DNA of 64,000 bases from an uncultured Verrucomicrobia subdivision 3 bacterium (GTDB lineage: Bacteria; Verrucomicrobiota; Verrucomicrobiia; Limisphaerales; UBA11358), in contig CAJAQO010000215.1 in NCBI GenBank assembly GCA_903944085.1, positions 984 through 64,983 on the forward strand, given 5' to 3'. Made by a program: the position numbers and the translations under genes. The notes under the pieces were generated by a model. The model had not been told where the DNA came from and did no database searches. It saw nothing but the letters and a program-made list of their open reading frames with translations. How positions within the stretch are numbered: the first letter of the stretch is position 1; every line of letters starts with the position of its first letter. This document shows, in pieces, positions 46,288-54,888 of this stretch.

Positions 46288-47220
46288 TTAAATTTTTTCC
46301 AGCACGCGCAACTGCGCGCTGCGGGCGCGCGGGTTTTCGCGCAGCTCGGTTTCGCCCGGCAAAATCGCCTTGCGCGAAACCCACTTCAATTCTGGCACGC
46401 ACGGCGTCCGCAATTCCGGCACGTCCACTTCGCCCGTGAACGTGTAATCGCGCGCGCGTTCGCGCCCAAATTCCTTCACCACGCGGTCTTCAAGCGAGTG
46501 AAACGTGATCACCGCCAGCCGGCCGCCCGGCTTCAAAATTTTCACCGCCGCCGCCAAACCGCGTTTCAGCGAACCGATCTCGTCGTTCACCGCGATGCGC
46601 AGCGCCTGAAAAACTTTCGTGGCCGGGTGCGCCTTTTTTCCGTGGCGCGGCGCCAAGCGCTCAATCAAATCCGCCAGTTGCCGCGTCGTCAAAAATTTTC
46701 GCAGCGCGCGGTCGTGAACGATCGCTTTCGCAAACCGCCGCGAATCGCGTTCGTCGCCGTATTCCCAAAAAATTTTCGCCAGCGCTTCGGCACTTTCACC
46801 GTTCACCAAATCCGCCGCCGTCAGCGGCTGCCGGTCGTCCATCCGCATGTCCAGCGGACCGTCGAGCTGAAAGCTGAAACCGCGTTCGGCGGTGTCCAGT
46901 TGCGGCGAACTGACGCCTAAATCCAACAGCACGCCGTCACAGCTTTTTTCCGCGATCCACTCCGCGAGTTCCGCAAAATTGCCGCGCCGCAAATCAAAGC
47001 GCCCGGCGAATTTTTCCGCCAACCGTTTTTTGGCAATCTCAACCGCGACGCCATCGCGATCGCACCCAGACAGCCATCCAGTCGGCGAACTCGCGGCCAG
47101 CAATCGGGCCGCGTGACCAGCTCCACCGAGCGTCCCGTCGGCGTAGCGGCCGCTCGGCTGCGGTTGCAGCGCGGTCAGCACCTCCGCCGCCATCACTGGT
47201 TGGTGAATGAAATCGGACAC
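46288..47220 (-). CDS. rsmH: 16S rRNA (cytosine1402-N4)-methyltransferase
   Basis: HQPVMAAEVL..., DGTLGGAGHA, LLDLGVSSPQLD, ITFHSLEDR. Confidence 0.93.
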   Translation of the reverse strand: MSDFIHQPVMAAEVLTALQPQPSGRYADGTLGGAGHAARLLAASSPTGWLSGCDRDGVAVEIAKKRLAEKFAGRFDLRRGNFAELAEWIAEKSCDGVLLDLGVSSPQLDTAERGFSFQLDGPLDMRMDDRQPLTAADLVNGESAEALAKIFWEYGDERDSRRFAKAIVHDRALRKFLTTRQLADLIERLAPRHGKKAHPATKVFQALRIAVNDEIGSLKRGLAAAVKILKPGGRLAVITFHSLEDRVVKEFGRERARDYTFTGEVDVPELRTPCVPELKWVSRKAILPGETELRENPRARSAQLRVLEKI

Positions 47221-47229
47221 TGCGCATGT

Positions 47230-47706
47230 TCAACTGGATTTCAACAGGCTTTCGCCCAAATATTCCCACGCCCGCCGCGCGGGCGGCAACACCGGCACCG
47301 CTGGCGCGGCAGCGTGCGACTTGACCGGCACTATCTCAATGTCCGCATCCGCCAGGTCGTTGTGAACCACTTTCACGGCATCCAGCGAAAACTCGGGCTG
47401 CACGGCGACGTGCGCCGGCGCGACCGGCTCCGGCGCGCGAAACGGATTTAATTTGGTCGTCCACCCGGCGCGCGCCATTTTGGCGACGGGCGGCGGCGAA
47501 TTTTTTTGCGTCCGGACCGCGTCCGGCACGGAAACTTTTTTCACTACCGACGCGCCGGCGGGCGCGGGTTCCGCCGGCTTGGGCGTGAACGGATTTTTTT
47601 CCGCGTTGAATTTCGGCAGATAGACGCGCTTGTTCCGGCGATACGCCACCGGGCCGCCACCGCCAAAAAAAGTTTTTCCGGCACCGAGCAATTTTCCAAA
47701 GTTCAT
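47230..47706 (-). CDS. Hypothetical Pro/Ala-rich protein inserted between mraZ and rsmH
   Basis: 158 aa, MNFGKLLGAGKTFFGGGGPVAYRRNKRVYLPKFNAEKNPFTPKPAEP...; no recognisable family; tight spacing to both neighbours. Confidence 0.5.
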   Translation of the reverse strand: MNFGKLLGAGKTFFGGGGPVAYRRNKRVYLPKFNAEKNPFTPKPAEPAPAGASVVKKVSVPDAVRTQKNSPPPVAKMARAGWTTKLNPFRAPEPVAPAHVAVQPEFSLDAVKVVHNDLADADIEIVPVKSHAAAPAVPVLPPARRAWEYLGESLLKSS

Positions 47707-47709
47707 AAG

Positions 47710-48171
47710 TCACTCCATGATTTCAAAGGCCTTCGTGGCCAGCACTGCGTCCGAAGCCTCGACTTTTTCGTAGCGGCTCGGATTCCAAATCTCAAAGCGG
47801 TCCAAAACGCCGACGAGCAACGCCTCGTCTTTGATGCCGGCGGCGCTGGCCATTTCTTCCGGCAGACAAATCCGGCCGGCCTTGTCGAGCGTCACCTGCA
47901 CCGACTTGCTGCCGATAAACCGTTTCAAAACGCCTTTGTTGGCATCGCTGTTGGGCAACTGGTCAATGCTGGCCTTCATCTTGGCCATCTCGCTCGGCGG
48001 CAACACCCGCAGACAGACGCCCGCCTGATGCTTGGGCCAGAGGATCACCGTCAGCTCCGTCCCGTCGGTTTCCGGCCGCCATTTGGCCGGGATCTGGACG
48101 CGCCGCTTCTCATCCACTCCATGCCGATAGCACGAGTTGTAATAAGTCTGCGATTGAGGCGCGTCAGCCAT
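47710..48171 (-). CDS. mraZ: Transcriptional regulator MraZ
   Basis: HGVDEKRRVQIPAKWR and TLDKAGRICLPEEM (two DxxGR-type half-domains). Confidence 0.92.
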   Translation of the reverse strand: MADAPQSQTYYNSCYRHGVDEKRRVQIPAKWRPETDGTELTVILWPKHQAGVCLRVLPPSEMAKMKASIDQLPNSDANKGVLKRFIGSKSVQVTLDKAGRICLPEEMASAAGIKDEALLVGVLDRFEIWNPSRYEKVEASDAVLATKAFEIME

Positions 48172-48194
48172 TTTTATTCACACAGTTTTCCAAA

Positions 48195-48252
48195 ACCACT
48201 TAAATCACCCACAACGCCCCAATATAAACCATTTTCCCCCACCGTTTGTCAA
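48195..48252 (-). promoter_or_regulatory. Putative Pmra promoter (TTGACA-18 nt-TTTATA) with spaced GTGGG-type direct repeats (candidate MraZ boxes)
   Basis: Minus strand ggTTGACAaacgGTGGGggaaaatggTTTATAtTTGGGgcgttGTGGGtgatttaaGTGGTtttgg. Box starts are spaced 20, 10 and 13 nt apart. Confidence 0.5.
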
Positions 48253-48353
48253 CCCAAATCCGCGCAAAAATGGTGGGTTTATTCAAAAGTTATTCACAAT
48301 TACCGGTAACTGTGAATTGTCAGCCCCCGTCCCGCTCGGTTACGCTCGCGGCG

Positions 48354-49427
48354 ATGCGAACCGCCGATTTCCATTTTGAGCTTCCGCCCGAACTCATCGC
48401 GCAGCAGCCCGCCGCGCGGCGGGATGGCTCCCGGCTGCTCGTTTTAACCCGAAGCAGCGGCAAAGTCGAGCATCGCCGGTTTTCCAGCCTGCCGGAGTTT
48501 TTGCAGCCCGGCGACGTTTTGGTGCTGAACAACTCGCGCGTGATCCCGGCACGCCTGCACGGCACGAACGCCAAAACCGGCGGGCTTTTTGAGCTGCTGC
48601 TGCTCGAAGAAAATGCCCCGAACGATTGGTGGGCCATGTTGCGCCCCGGCAAACGCGCCAAAATCGGAACCCAAATTCAATTGCAAGAAAAAAACGGCGC
48701 GCGATCAAATATTTTCGCGACCGTCACCGCCGTGAACGCCGCCGGCCACCGGCGATTGCAATTTTCCGGCACCGAAAATCTTTTCACGCAGCTCAAAAAC
48801 TTGGGCGAGCTGCCGTTGCCGCCTTACATCGAACGGCACGGCGAATTGCCGGCGGACCAGGACCGTTACCAGACGGTTTTCGCCGATCCCGCCGGCTCCG
48901 TCGCCGCGCCGACCGCCGGCCTGCATTTCACGCCGGAAATTCTCGAAAAAATCCGCGCGCGCGGCGTGCAAATTTGTTTCGTCACGCTGCACGTCGGCGC
49001 GGGAACTTTTCTGCCGGTAAAAACGGAAACCGTGGCGGAACACAAGATGCACGCGGAACGATTTGAAATTGCCGAGGCCACGGTTTCCGCCGTGAACGCA
49101 GCCAAACAAAACGGCCGGCGCGTCATTGCCGTCGGCACCACGGCGACGCGCGCGCTGGAAACCGTCGCGCGACTCAACGTCGGAAAACTCAATGTTCATG
49201 CGGGTAAAACCGACATCTTCCTTTTCCCGCCGGCGGAATTCAAAATCGTGGACGCGCTGCTGACGAATTTTCATCTGCCGGAATCCACGCTGCTGATGCT
49301 GGTGAGCGCGTTCGCCGCGCCGGGCGAAAAAATTCGCGGCCGCGAATTAATTTTGTCAGCTTATGCGGAAGCCATCCGCGAGCGTTACCGCTTTTTCAGC
49401 TACGGCGACGCGATGCTGATTTTATGA
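48354..49427 (+). CDS. queA: S-adenosylmethionine:tRNA ribosyltransferase-isomerase
   Basis: MRTADFHFELPPELIAQQPAARRDGSRLLVL..., GELPLPPYI, VAAPTAGLHFT, VGTTATRALE; start set at ATG 48354. Confidence 0.93.
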   Translation: MRTADFHFELPPELIAQQPAARRDGSRLLVLTRSSGKVEHRRFSSLPEFLQPGDVLVLNNSRVIPARLHGTNAKTGGLFELLLLEENAPNDWWAMLRPGKRAKIGTQIQLQEKNGARSNIFATVTAVNAAGHRRLQFSGTENLFTQLKNLGELPLPPYIERHGELPADQDRYQTVFADPAGSVAAPTAGLHFTPEILEKIRARGVQICFVTLHVGAGTFLPVKTETVAEHKMHAERFEIAEATVSAVNAAKQNGRRVIAVGTTATRALETVARLNVGKLNVHAGKTDIFLFPPAEFKIVDALLTNFHLPESTLLMLVSAFAAPGEKIRGRELILSAYAEAIRERYRFFSYGDAMLIL

Positions 49428-50134
49428 GTCCAAAGTCCAAAGTCCAAAGTCCAAAGCTGCCGTTTGTTTTCGTCAACATGGCGATGACGGCGGACGGGAA
49501 AATCGCGACGGCGAACCGCGCGGTCCACTCGTTCGGCAGCGCGCGGGATTTGGCCCATCTTTATGAGTTGCGCGCGACGGCGGACGCGGTGATGTGCGGC
49601 GCGCGGACGGTGGAAAATTCAAACGCCATTCTCGGCACCGGCGGCGAAAAATTCCGCCGGCGACGGCGCCAATCCGGGCTGGCGGAACACAATTTACGGG
49701 TGGTGGTGAGCGGCAGCGGCTCGCTGAATCCAGCTGCGGAGATTTTCAAAAAACGGTTTTCGCCGATCATCGTGCTGACCACCCAGCGCGCGCCGGCAAA
49801 AAAACTGGCGCAACTCCGCGAGTTGGCGGACGAGGTGAAAGTTTTTGGCGAAACGGAAGTCAATTTCCGTTCAGCGCTGCCCTGGCTGCGAGCGAAATGG
49901 GGCGTGAAACGGCTGTTGTGCGAAGGCGGCGGCGAATTGAACGACGCGCTGTTCCGCGCCGGTTTGGTGAGTGAAATCCACCTGACGATCTGTCCGAAAA
50001 TTTTCGGCGGCCGCACCGCGCCGACGATTGCGGACGGACTTGGTTGCCCGCAGCTCGCCGCCGCCGCCAGATTTGAATTGACTTCGATTAAACGCGAAAA
50101 GGCCGAGTTATTCACCGTGTTTTCGCGGCGTTAA
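49424..50134 (+). CDS. RibD C-terminal domain / dihydrofolate-reductase-like reductase
   Basis: LPFVFVNMAMTADGKIATANRAV..., VMCGARTV, LLCEGGGELN; ATG overlaps the queA stop (ATGA). Confidence 0.75.
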   Translation: MSPKSKVQSPKLPFVFVNMAMTADGKIATANRAVHSFGSARDLAHLYELRATADAVMCGARTVENSNAILGTGGEKFRRRRRQSGLAEHNLRVVVSGSGSLNPAAEIFKKRFSPIIVLTTQRAPAKKLAQLRELADEVKVFGETEVNFRSALPWLRAKWGVKRLLCEGGGELNDALFRAGLVSEIHLTICPKIFGGRTAPTIADGLGCPQLAAAARFELTSIKREKAELFTVFSRR

Positions 50135-50245
50135 AACCAGGTTTTTATTGTTTCTGCTTAATGATTGGCCAGTTTTGACGATGGCAAAGGGGGATTTATG
50201 AGAATTCAAAAACCTGTCAAATGCGGGGCACCGTGAATCGGGCGG

Positions 50246-50280
50246 ACAAAAAAATCCCCGGTTGAAAACCCAACCGGGGA
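50246..50280 (-). terminator. Intrinsic terminator after the BI-1 family gene
   Basis: Minus strand TCCCCGGTTG-GGTTTT-CAACCGGGGA followed by TTTTTTTG. Confidence 0.85.
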
Positions 50281-50302
50281 AAGCCGTGCTGAAATCAGCG
50301 CG

Positions 50303-51013
50303 TTATTTATTTGAACCGTTGAGTTTGCTGAGCAGCCGCAGGAGTTCCAAATACAACCAGACCAGCGTAATCAGCAGTCCCATGGCGCAATACCACTCCA
50401 TGTATTTCGGCTTTTCCGCACGCACGCCGTCTTCAATGAGCCGAAAATCCACCAGCAGATTTGCCGCCGCGATTCCGGTGGTTAGGAGGCTGATGCCAAT
50501 GCCGATCCAACCGCTCTGGTGAATATACGGGAGATGCACCCCAAACAGGGCGAGCATCATCGTCACAAAATAAACCAGGCCAACGGCGGCCGTCGCGGCG
50601 AAAATGCCGGTCATCAGACCGTCGGTCACTTTGATGATGCGCGACGAGTAGAGCGCGAGCAAAACGAACAATACCGCCGCCGTCAGCAGGCCGGCGTTCA
50701 GCACGATGCCGGGAAATCGCGCGTTGTATAACAGGGCGACGCCGCCCAACAACAGCCCTTCCAACACCGCATAAACCGGAGCGAGAACCGGCGTCCATTC
50801 GGCCTTGAAAATGCCGATCATGGCGATGATGAGTCCGCCCAAGGCCGCGCCAATAATGGCCCCGCCGCCCAGCGCGTGGGTCCACGCATAATCACCAGCA
50901 CACAGGCAAATCAGCAGGAGAACACCGGTGCGGTGGATGGTGCCGTTCAAGGTCATTGGCCGGTCGCCAAATCTGACTTCGTCCAAGCCGCGGCTTAAAA
51001 ATGGATTGCTCAT
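50303..51013 (-). CDS. Bax inhibitor-1/YccA family membrane protein
   Basis: 236 aa, about 7 hydrophobic helices, C-terminal ...MGLLITLVWLYLELLRLLSKL, typical of the family. Confidence 0.7.
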   Translation of the reverse strand: MSNPFLSRGLDEVRFGDRPMTLNGTIHRTGVLLLICLCAGDYAWTHALGGGAIIGAALGGLIIAMIGIFKAEWTPVLAPVYAVLEGLLLGGVALLYNARFPGIVLNAGLLTAAVLFVLLALYSSRIIKVTDGLMTGIFAATAAVGLVYFVTMMLALFGVHLPYIHQSGWIGIGISLLTTGIAAANLLVDFRLIEDGVRAEKPKYMEWYCAMGLLITLVWLYLELLRLLSKLNGSNK

Positions 51014-51208
51014 ATTTGTAAATATTTAACTTTGGTTTATTGCTCCAAAACGAGCTGAACATACAAAAACCTGGCCGTTTTGCAAATTCAAAGCGAGAGC
51101 GCAAAGCCTTGCAAACTGCGGCGACCAGACACTCCCGGCACACCAATCGGATGCCGCGTTGCCTTGACCCCGCGCCGATTGACTGGTGAAATGACTTCCT
51201 CACACAAT

Positions 51209-52558
51209 ATGAAGCCGAAACACAATTGTATCCTGATGTTTGTCCTCGTCGGTCTGTTTGGTTTGAACCGTGGCTGGTCGGCTGATCCCGATTATTGGGC
51301 GTGGGCCAATACTCCGCCGATGGGCTGGAACAGTTGGGATGGTTTCGCGACGACAGTTACCGAGGCGCAGACACGCGCCCAAGCTGACGTGATGAAAGCA
51401 AAACTCGCCGGCCACGGCTGGAATCTCATCACGGTGGACATTCAATGGTATGAACCGAACGCCACCGGTTTTGATTATCGCCAGGGCGCAAAACTTGACA
51501 TGGATGAATTTGGACGACTCGTTCCGGCCACCAATAAATTTCCTTCCGCCGCGAACCGCCAGGGTTTCAAGCCGCTTGCCGATTATGTTCACAGTCTCGG
51601 TTTGAAATTCGGGGTGCATCTGATGCGCGGCATTCCACGGCAGGCTGTCGCGGCGAAAACGCCGGTCAAAGGCACGCGCTTTACCGCCGCCGATATTGCA
51701 GATACGAATCAGACCTGCCAGTGGAACAGCGACATGTATGGCGTGGACATGACCAAGCCCGGCGCACAGGCGTATTACGATTCCGTCTTTGAATTGTTCG
51801 CGGCTTGGGAACTGGATTTTGTAAAAGTGGACGACCTTTCCCGGCCTTATCACCAAGCGGAAATTGAAGCCATCCGCCGCGCGATTGACCGCACGGGCCG
51901 CCCCATTGTCTTCAGCACTTCGCCCGGGGCCACGCCGGTCAGCGCGGGCGAACACATCCGCGCGCATGCAAACATGTGGCGGATCAGCGATGATTTCTGG
52001 GACAAATGGTCGCTGCTGCTCGCGCAGTTCGACCGGCTGCGCGACTGGACGCCGTATCGCGGCCCCGGTCATTTTCCCGATGCGGATATGCTGCCGGTCG
52101 GCGTGCTGCAAATGGGCAAAACCAAAACTCATTTCAAGCCGGACGAACAGTTCACGCTGCTGACGCTGTGGAGCATCGCGCGTTCCCCGCTCATCCTGGG
52201 CGCGGACCTGACGAAACTCGATGACTTCACGCTCGCGCTCATCACGAACGATGAAATCCTCGCCGTTGACCAGGGGAGCACTAACAACCGCGAGCTTTTT
52301 CACCGCGACGGTTTTTATGGCTGGGTTGCGGACGCCGGCTCCGGCGACCAGTATCTGGCACTCTTCAACACGCGAGACGTGCCGGCGAGTGCCGCCGAAA
52401 CTTCCGCAGCGGTGCCGGTGAAATTATCCGAACTCGGATTCCAAGATGTTTGCCACATCCGAAATCTGTGGACGCACCAGGACTTGGGATCGTTCACGAA
52501 TGAATTTGCGCCGCGCATCAACTCCCACGGCGCGGGGCTTTTTCGCTTATCGCGCTAG
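51209..52558 (+). CDS. Glycoside hydrolase family 27-like alpha-galactosidase
   Basis: Signal peptide MKPKHNCILMFVLVGLFGL, PPMGWNSWDGF, WELDFVKVDD; start ATG 51209 (or 51191). Confidence 0.72.
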   Translation: MKPKHNCILMFVLVGLFGLNRGWSADPDYWAWANTPPMGWNSWDGFATTVTEAQTRAQADVMKAKLAGHGWNLITVDIQWYEPNATGFDYRQGAKLDMDEFGRLVPATNKFPSAANRQGFKPLADYVHSLGLKFGVHLMRGIPRQAVAAKTPVKGTRFTAADIADTNQTCQWNSDMYGVDMTKPGAQAYYDSVFELFAAWELDFVKVDDLSRPYHQAEIEAIRRAIDRTGRPIVFSTSPGATPVSAGEHIRAHANMWRISDDFWDKWSLLLAQFDRLRDWTPYRGPGHFPDADMLPVGVLQMGKTKTHFKPDEQFTLLTLWSIARSPLILGADLTKLDDFTLALITNDEILAVDQGSTNNRELFHRDGFYGWVADAGSGDQYLALFNTRDVPASAAETSAAVPVKLSELGFQDVCHIRNLWTHQDLGSFTNEFAPRINSHGAGLFRLSR

Positions 52559-52661
52559 AAACTGGGGCAGTCAAACATTCTGCAATCGCGCCGGTCGCCC
52601 GCGCCGCGCCGAGGTTCTTGTCTATTAGTTGTATTGATTGATTGCAGAGCCAAATGGACAG

Positions 52662-52689
52662 CAAAAAAGCCCGCTCAATTGAGCGGGCT
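52662..52689 (-). terminator. Intrinsic terminator after rplQ
   Basis: Minus strand AGCCCGCTC-AATT-GAGCGGGCT followed by TTTTTTGC. Confidence 0.85.
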
Positions 52690-52706
52690 TGGAGTTTCAA
52701 TCGAAA

Positions 52707-53129
52707 TTACTTTTTCTCTTCCGGCTTGGTTTCGGCCGCCGGAGCCGGTTCCGCAGGTGCGACGGCGGGAGCGATGGTGTCCACCCATTCCAGAATCGCG
52801 CGCGGCGCGGCATCGCCCACACGGTTTTCCAGCTTGATGATCCGGGTGTAACCGCTGCGACGATCCTTGAACGCGGGCGCTATTTCCTTGAACAAGGTCT
52901 TGGCGGCGGATTCCTGATGCAGCCGTGCGGCGGCGAGGCGGCGGTGATGAATGGTGCCCTTCTTGCCGAGCGTGACCATTTTTTCGGCGACGGAGCGGGC
53001 GGCCTTGGCCTTGGCCAAAGTCGTCGTCACACGCTTGTGTTCGATCAGGCTGCAAACCAGATTGGCGAGCATCGCGTTGCGATGTTCCGAGGTGCGGCCC
53101 AGTTTGGCCGTGCGCTTCAAATGTCTCAT
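52707..53129 (-). CDS. rplQ: 50S ribosomal protein L17
   Basis: MRHLKRTAKLGRTSEHRNAMLANLVCSLIEHKRVTTTLAKAKA... Confidence 0.95.
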   Translation of the reverse strand: MRHLKRTAKLGRTSEHRNAMLANLVCSLIEHKRVTTTLAKAKAARSVAEKMVTLGKKGTIHHRRLAAARLHQESAAKTLFKEIAPAFKDRRSGYTRIIKLENRVGDAAPRAILEWVDTIAPAVAPAEPAPAAETKPEEKK

Positions 53130-53138
53130 GAAAAATCC

Positions 53139-54155
53139 TTATTCGGCTTTGGGAGCTTCTTCTTTCGGTGCCTCGACGAGGCCCGGCTCGAAATTCATGC
53201 CGAGCGAAAGGTTGAGCGACGTTAATTTGTCTTTGATTTCGTTGAGCGACTTCTTGCCGAAGTTGCGATACTTGAGCATCTCCTGCTCCGTCTTCAGGGC
53301 GAGCTGGCCGACGGTGGTGATGTTGGCGTTGTTCAAACAGTTGGCGGCGCGCACGCTCAATTCAATTTCGTTGACGCTCATGTTCAACAATTTCTTGAGT
53401 TTCGCCTTCTCGTCGTCCTGCTTGTCCGCAGCTTCTTCAAATTCCACCGCGTTCTTGTCATAGCCCACAAACACGTCGAGGTGATGCGACAAAATCGCGG
53501 ACGCCTGCGTCAGCGCGTCATCGGGCGTGATACGTCCGTCCGTCCAAATTTCCAGCACCAAGCGGTCGTAATCTGTGCGGTTGCCGACGCGCGCGGCTTC
53601 CACGGCATAACGCACGCGGGTCACCGGGGAAAAAATCGAATCAATCGCCACGATGCCGATGGCTTGGCCGGGCTTCTTGTTTTCGTCGCTGGGGCAGAAA
53701 CCGCGACCGATTTTCACGGTCAACTCCATCTCAAATTTTTTCTTCTTGTCCAGCGTGCATATGTGCTGCGTCGGATTGACGAGCTCAACATTCTGGTTCA
53801 CCTGAATGTCGGCGGCCGTGACCGCACCTTCCTTGTTCACGGAAAGCAACAGCGTCTGCTCATCGCGGGTATGCGCCTTGAACTTGATTTTCTTCAGGTT
53901 CAAAACGATGTCCGTCACGTCTTCGGCGACGCCGTCAACGGTGGCAAATTCGTGCATCGCGCCGTCCACCTTCAGCGAGGTGATGGCCGCGCCTTCGAGC
54001 GACGAGAGCAGCACGCGGCGAAGCGAGTTGCCGACGGTGTGGCCGTAGCCGGTTTCAAACGGGTCGGCGATAAATTTTGCGTAGGTTTCGGTGGCAGAGG
54101 TTTCATCCTTCTGCAACCGCTTCGGCATTTCAAAACGTCCAAGACGAACTGGCAT
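53139..54155 (-). CDS. rpoA: DNA-directed RNA polymerase alpha subunit
   Basis: ...GYGHTVGNSLRRVLLSSLEGAAITS..., C-terminal domain ELSVRAANCLNNANI. Confidence 0.95.
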   Translation of the reverse strand: MPVRLGRFEMPKRLQKDETSATETYAKFIADPFETGYGHTVGNSLRRVLLSSLEGAAITSLKVDGAMHEFATVDGVAEDVTDIVLNLKKIKFKAHTRDEQTLLLSVNKEGAVTAADIQVNQNVELVNPTQHICTLDKKKKFEMELTVKIGRGFCPSDENKKPGQAIGIVAIDSIFSPVTRVRYAVEAARVGNRTDYDRLVLEIWTDGRITPDDALTQASAILSHHLDVFVGYDKNAVEFEEAADKQDDEKAKLKKLLNMSVNEIELSVRAANCLNNANITTVGQLALKTEQEMLKYRNFGKKSLNEIKDKLTSLNLSLGMNFEPGLVEAPKEEAPKAE

Positions 54156-54180
54156 AATTTCCTTTCAACAATTTTAATCT

Positions 54181-54218
54181 GGCTTTCCCGGCAAAATTTA
54201 TTCCCGGCCGGAAAAGCC
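54181..54218 (-). promoter_or_regulatory. Stable stem-loop in the rpsD-rpoA spacer
   Basis: Plus strand GGCTTTCCCGGC-14 nt-GCCGGAAAAGCC (11/12 bp) inside the 89-nt intergenic region. No U-tract, so it is not a canonical terminator. Confidence 0.35.
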
Positions 54219-54244
54219 CGTGTAATTGTTTTTTTGTTTACGGT

Positions 54245-54853
54245 TTAGCGGGAATAAAATTCGACGACGGCCTGTTCATTGGCAATCGGCTGGATCTCGT
54301 CGCGGGTCGGGATGCGCATGACCACGCCCTTGAACTCTTCCTTGTTCAACGACAGCCAGTCCGGCACCGCGCGGCTCGCGGACACTTCCAAATTCTTCGT
54401 CGCGAGCTGGCGCGACACGTTGTGCTTCTTGATGACAATCACGTCGTTGACCTTCAAAGCGAACGAGGCGATGGCGGCCTTGCGGCCATTCACCGTCACA
54501 TGGCCGTGGTTGACCAACTGGCGCGCGGCGGCGCGCGTGTTGCCAAAACCAAGGTGGAACACCACGTTATCCAAACGGGTCTCCAAAATCTGCAGCATGA
54601 TTTCGCCGGTGACACCGCGACGGCGCAACGCTTTTTCATAGACGCCGCGAAATTGCTTCTCCATCAAACCGTAATAATAACGGAGCTTCTGCTTTTCATT
54701 CAGACCTTCACCATATTCGGTGGTCTTGCGGCGCGACTTCGGGCCGTGGACGCCGGGACCGTAGTTGCGGCGTTCAAGATATTTCGTGGGGCCGAAAATC
54801 GGAATTCCGAAACGGCGGCTGATGCGGACGCGGGGACCTGTATAACGAGCCAT
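54245..54853 (-). CDS. rpsD: 30S ribosomal protein S4
   Basis: MARYTGPRVRISRRFGIPIFG... Confidence 0.95.
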   Translation of the reverse strand: MARYTGPRVRISRRFGIPIFGPTKYLERRNYGPGVHGPKSRRKTTEYGEGLNEKQKLRYYYGLMEKQFRGVYEKALRRRGVTGEIMLQILETRLDNVVFHLGFGNTRAAARQLVNHGHVTVNGRKAAIASFALKVNDVIVIKKHNVSRQLATKNLEVSASRAVPDWLSLNKEEFKGVVMRIPTRDEIQPIANEQAVVEFYSR

Positions 54854-54888
54854 AAATTATTAATGCGTGATGAGTGATGCGTGATGAA

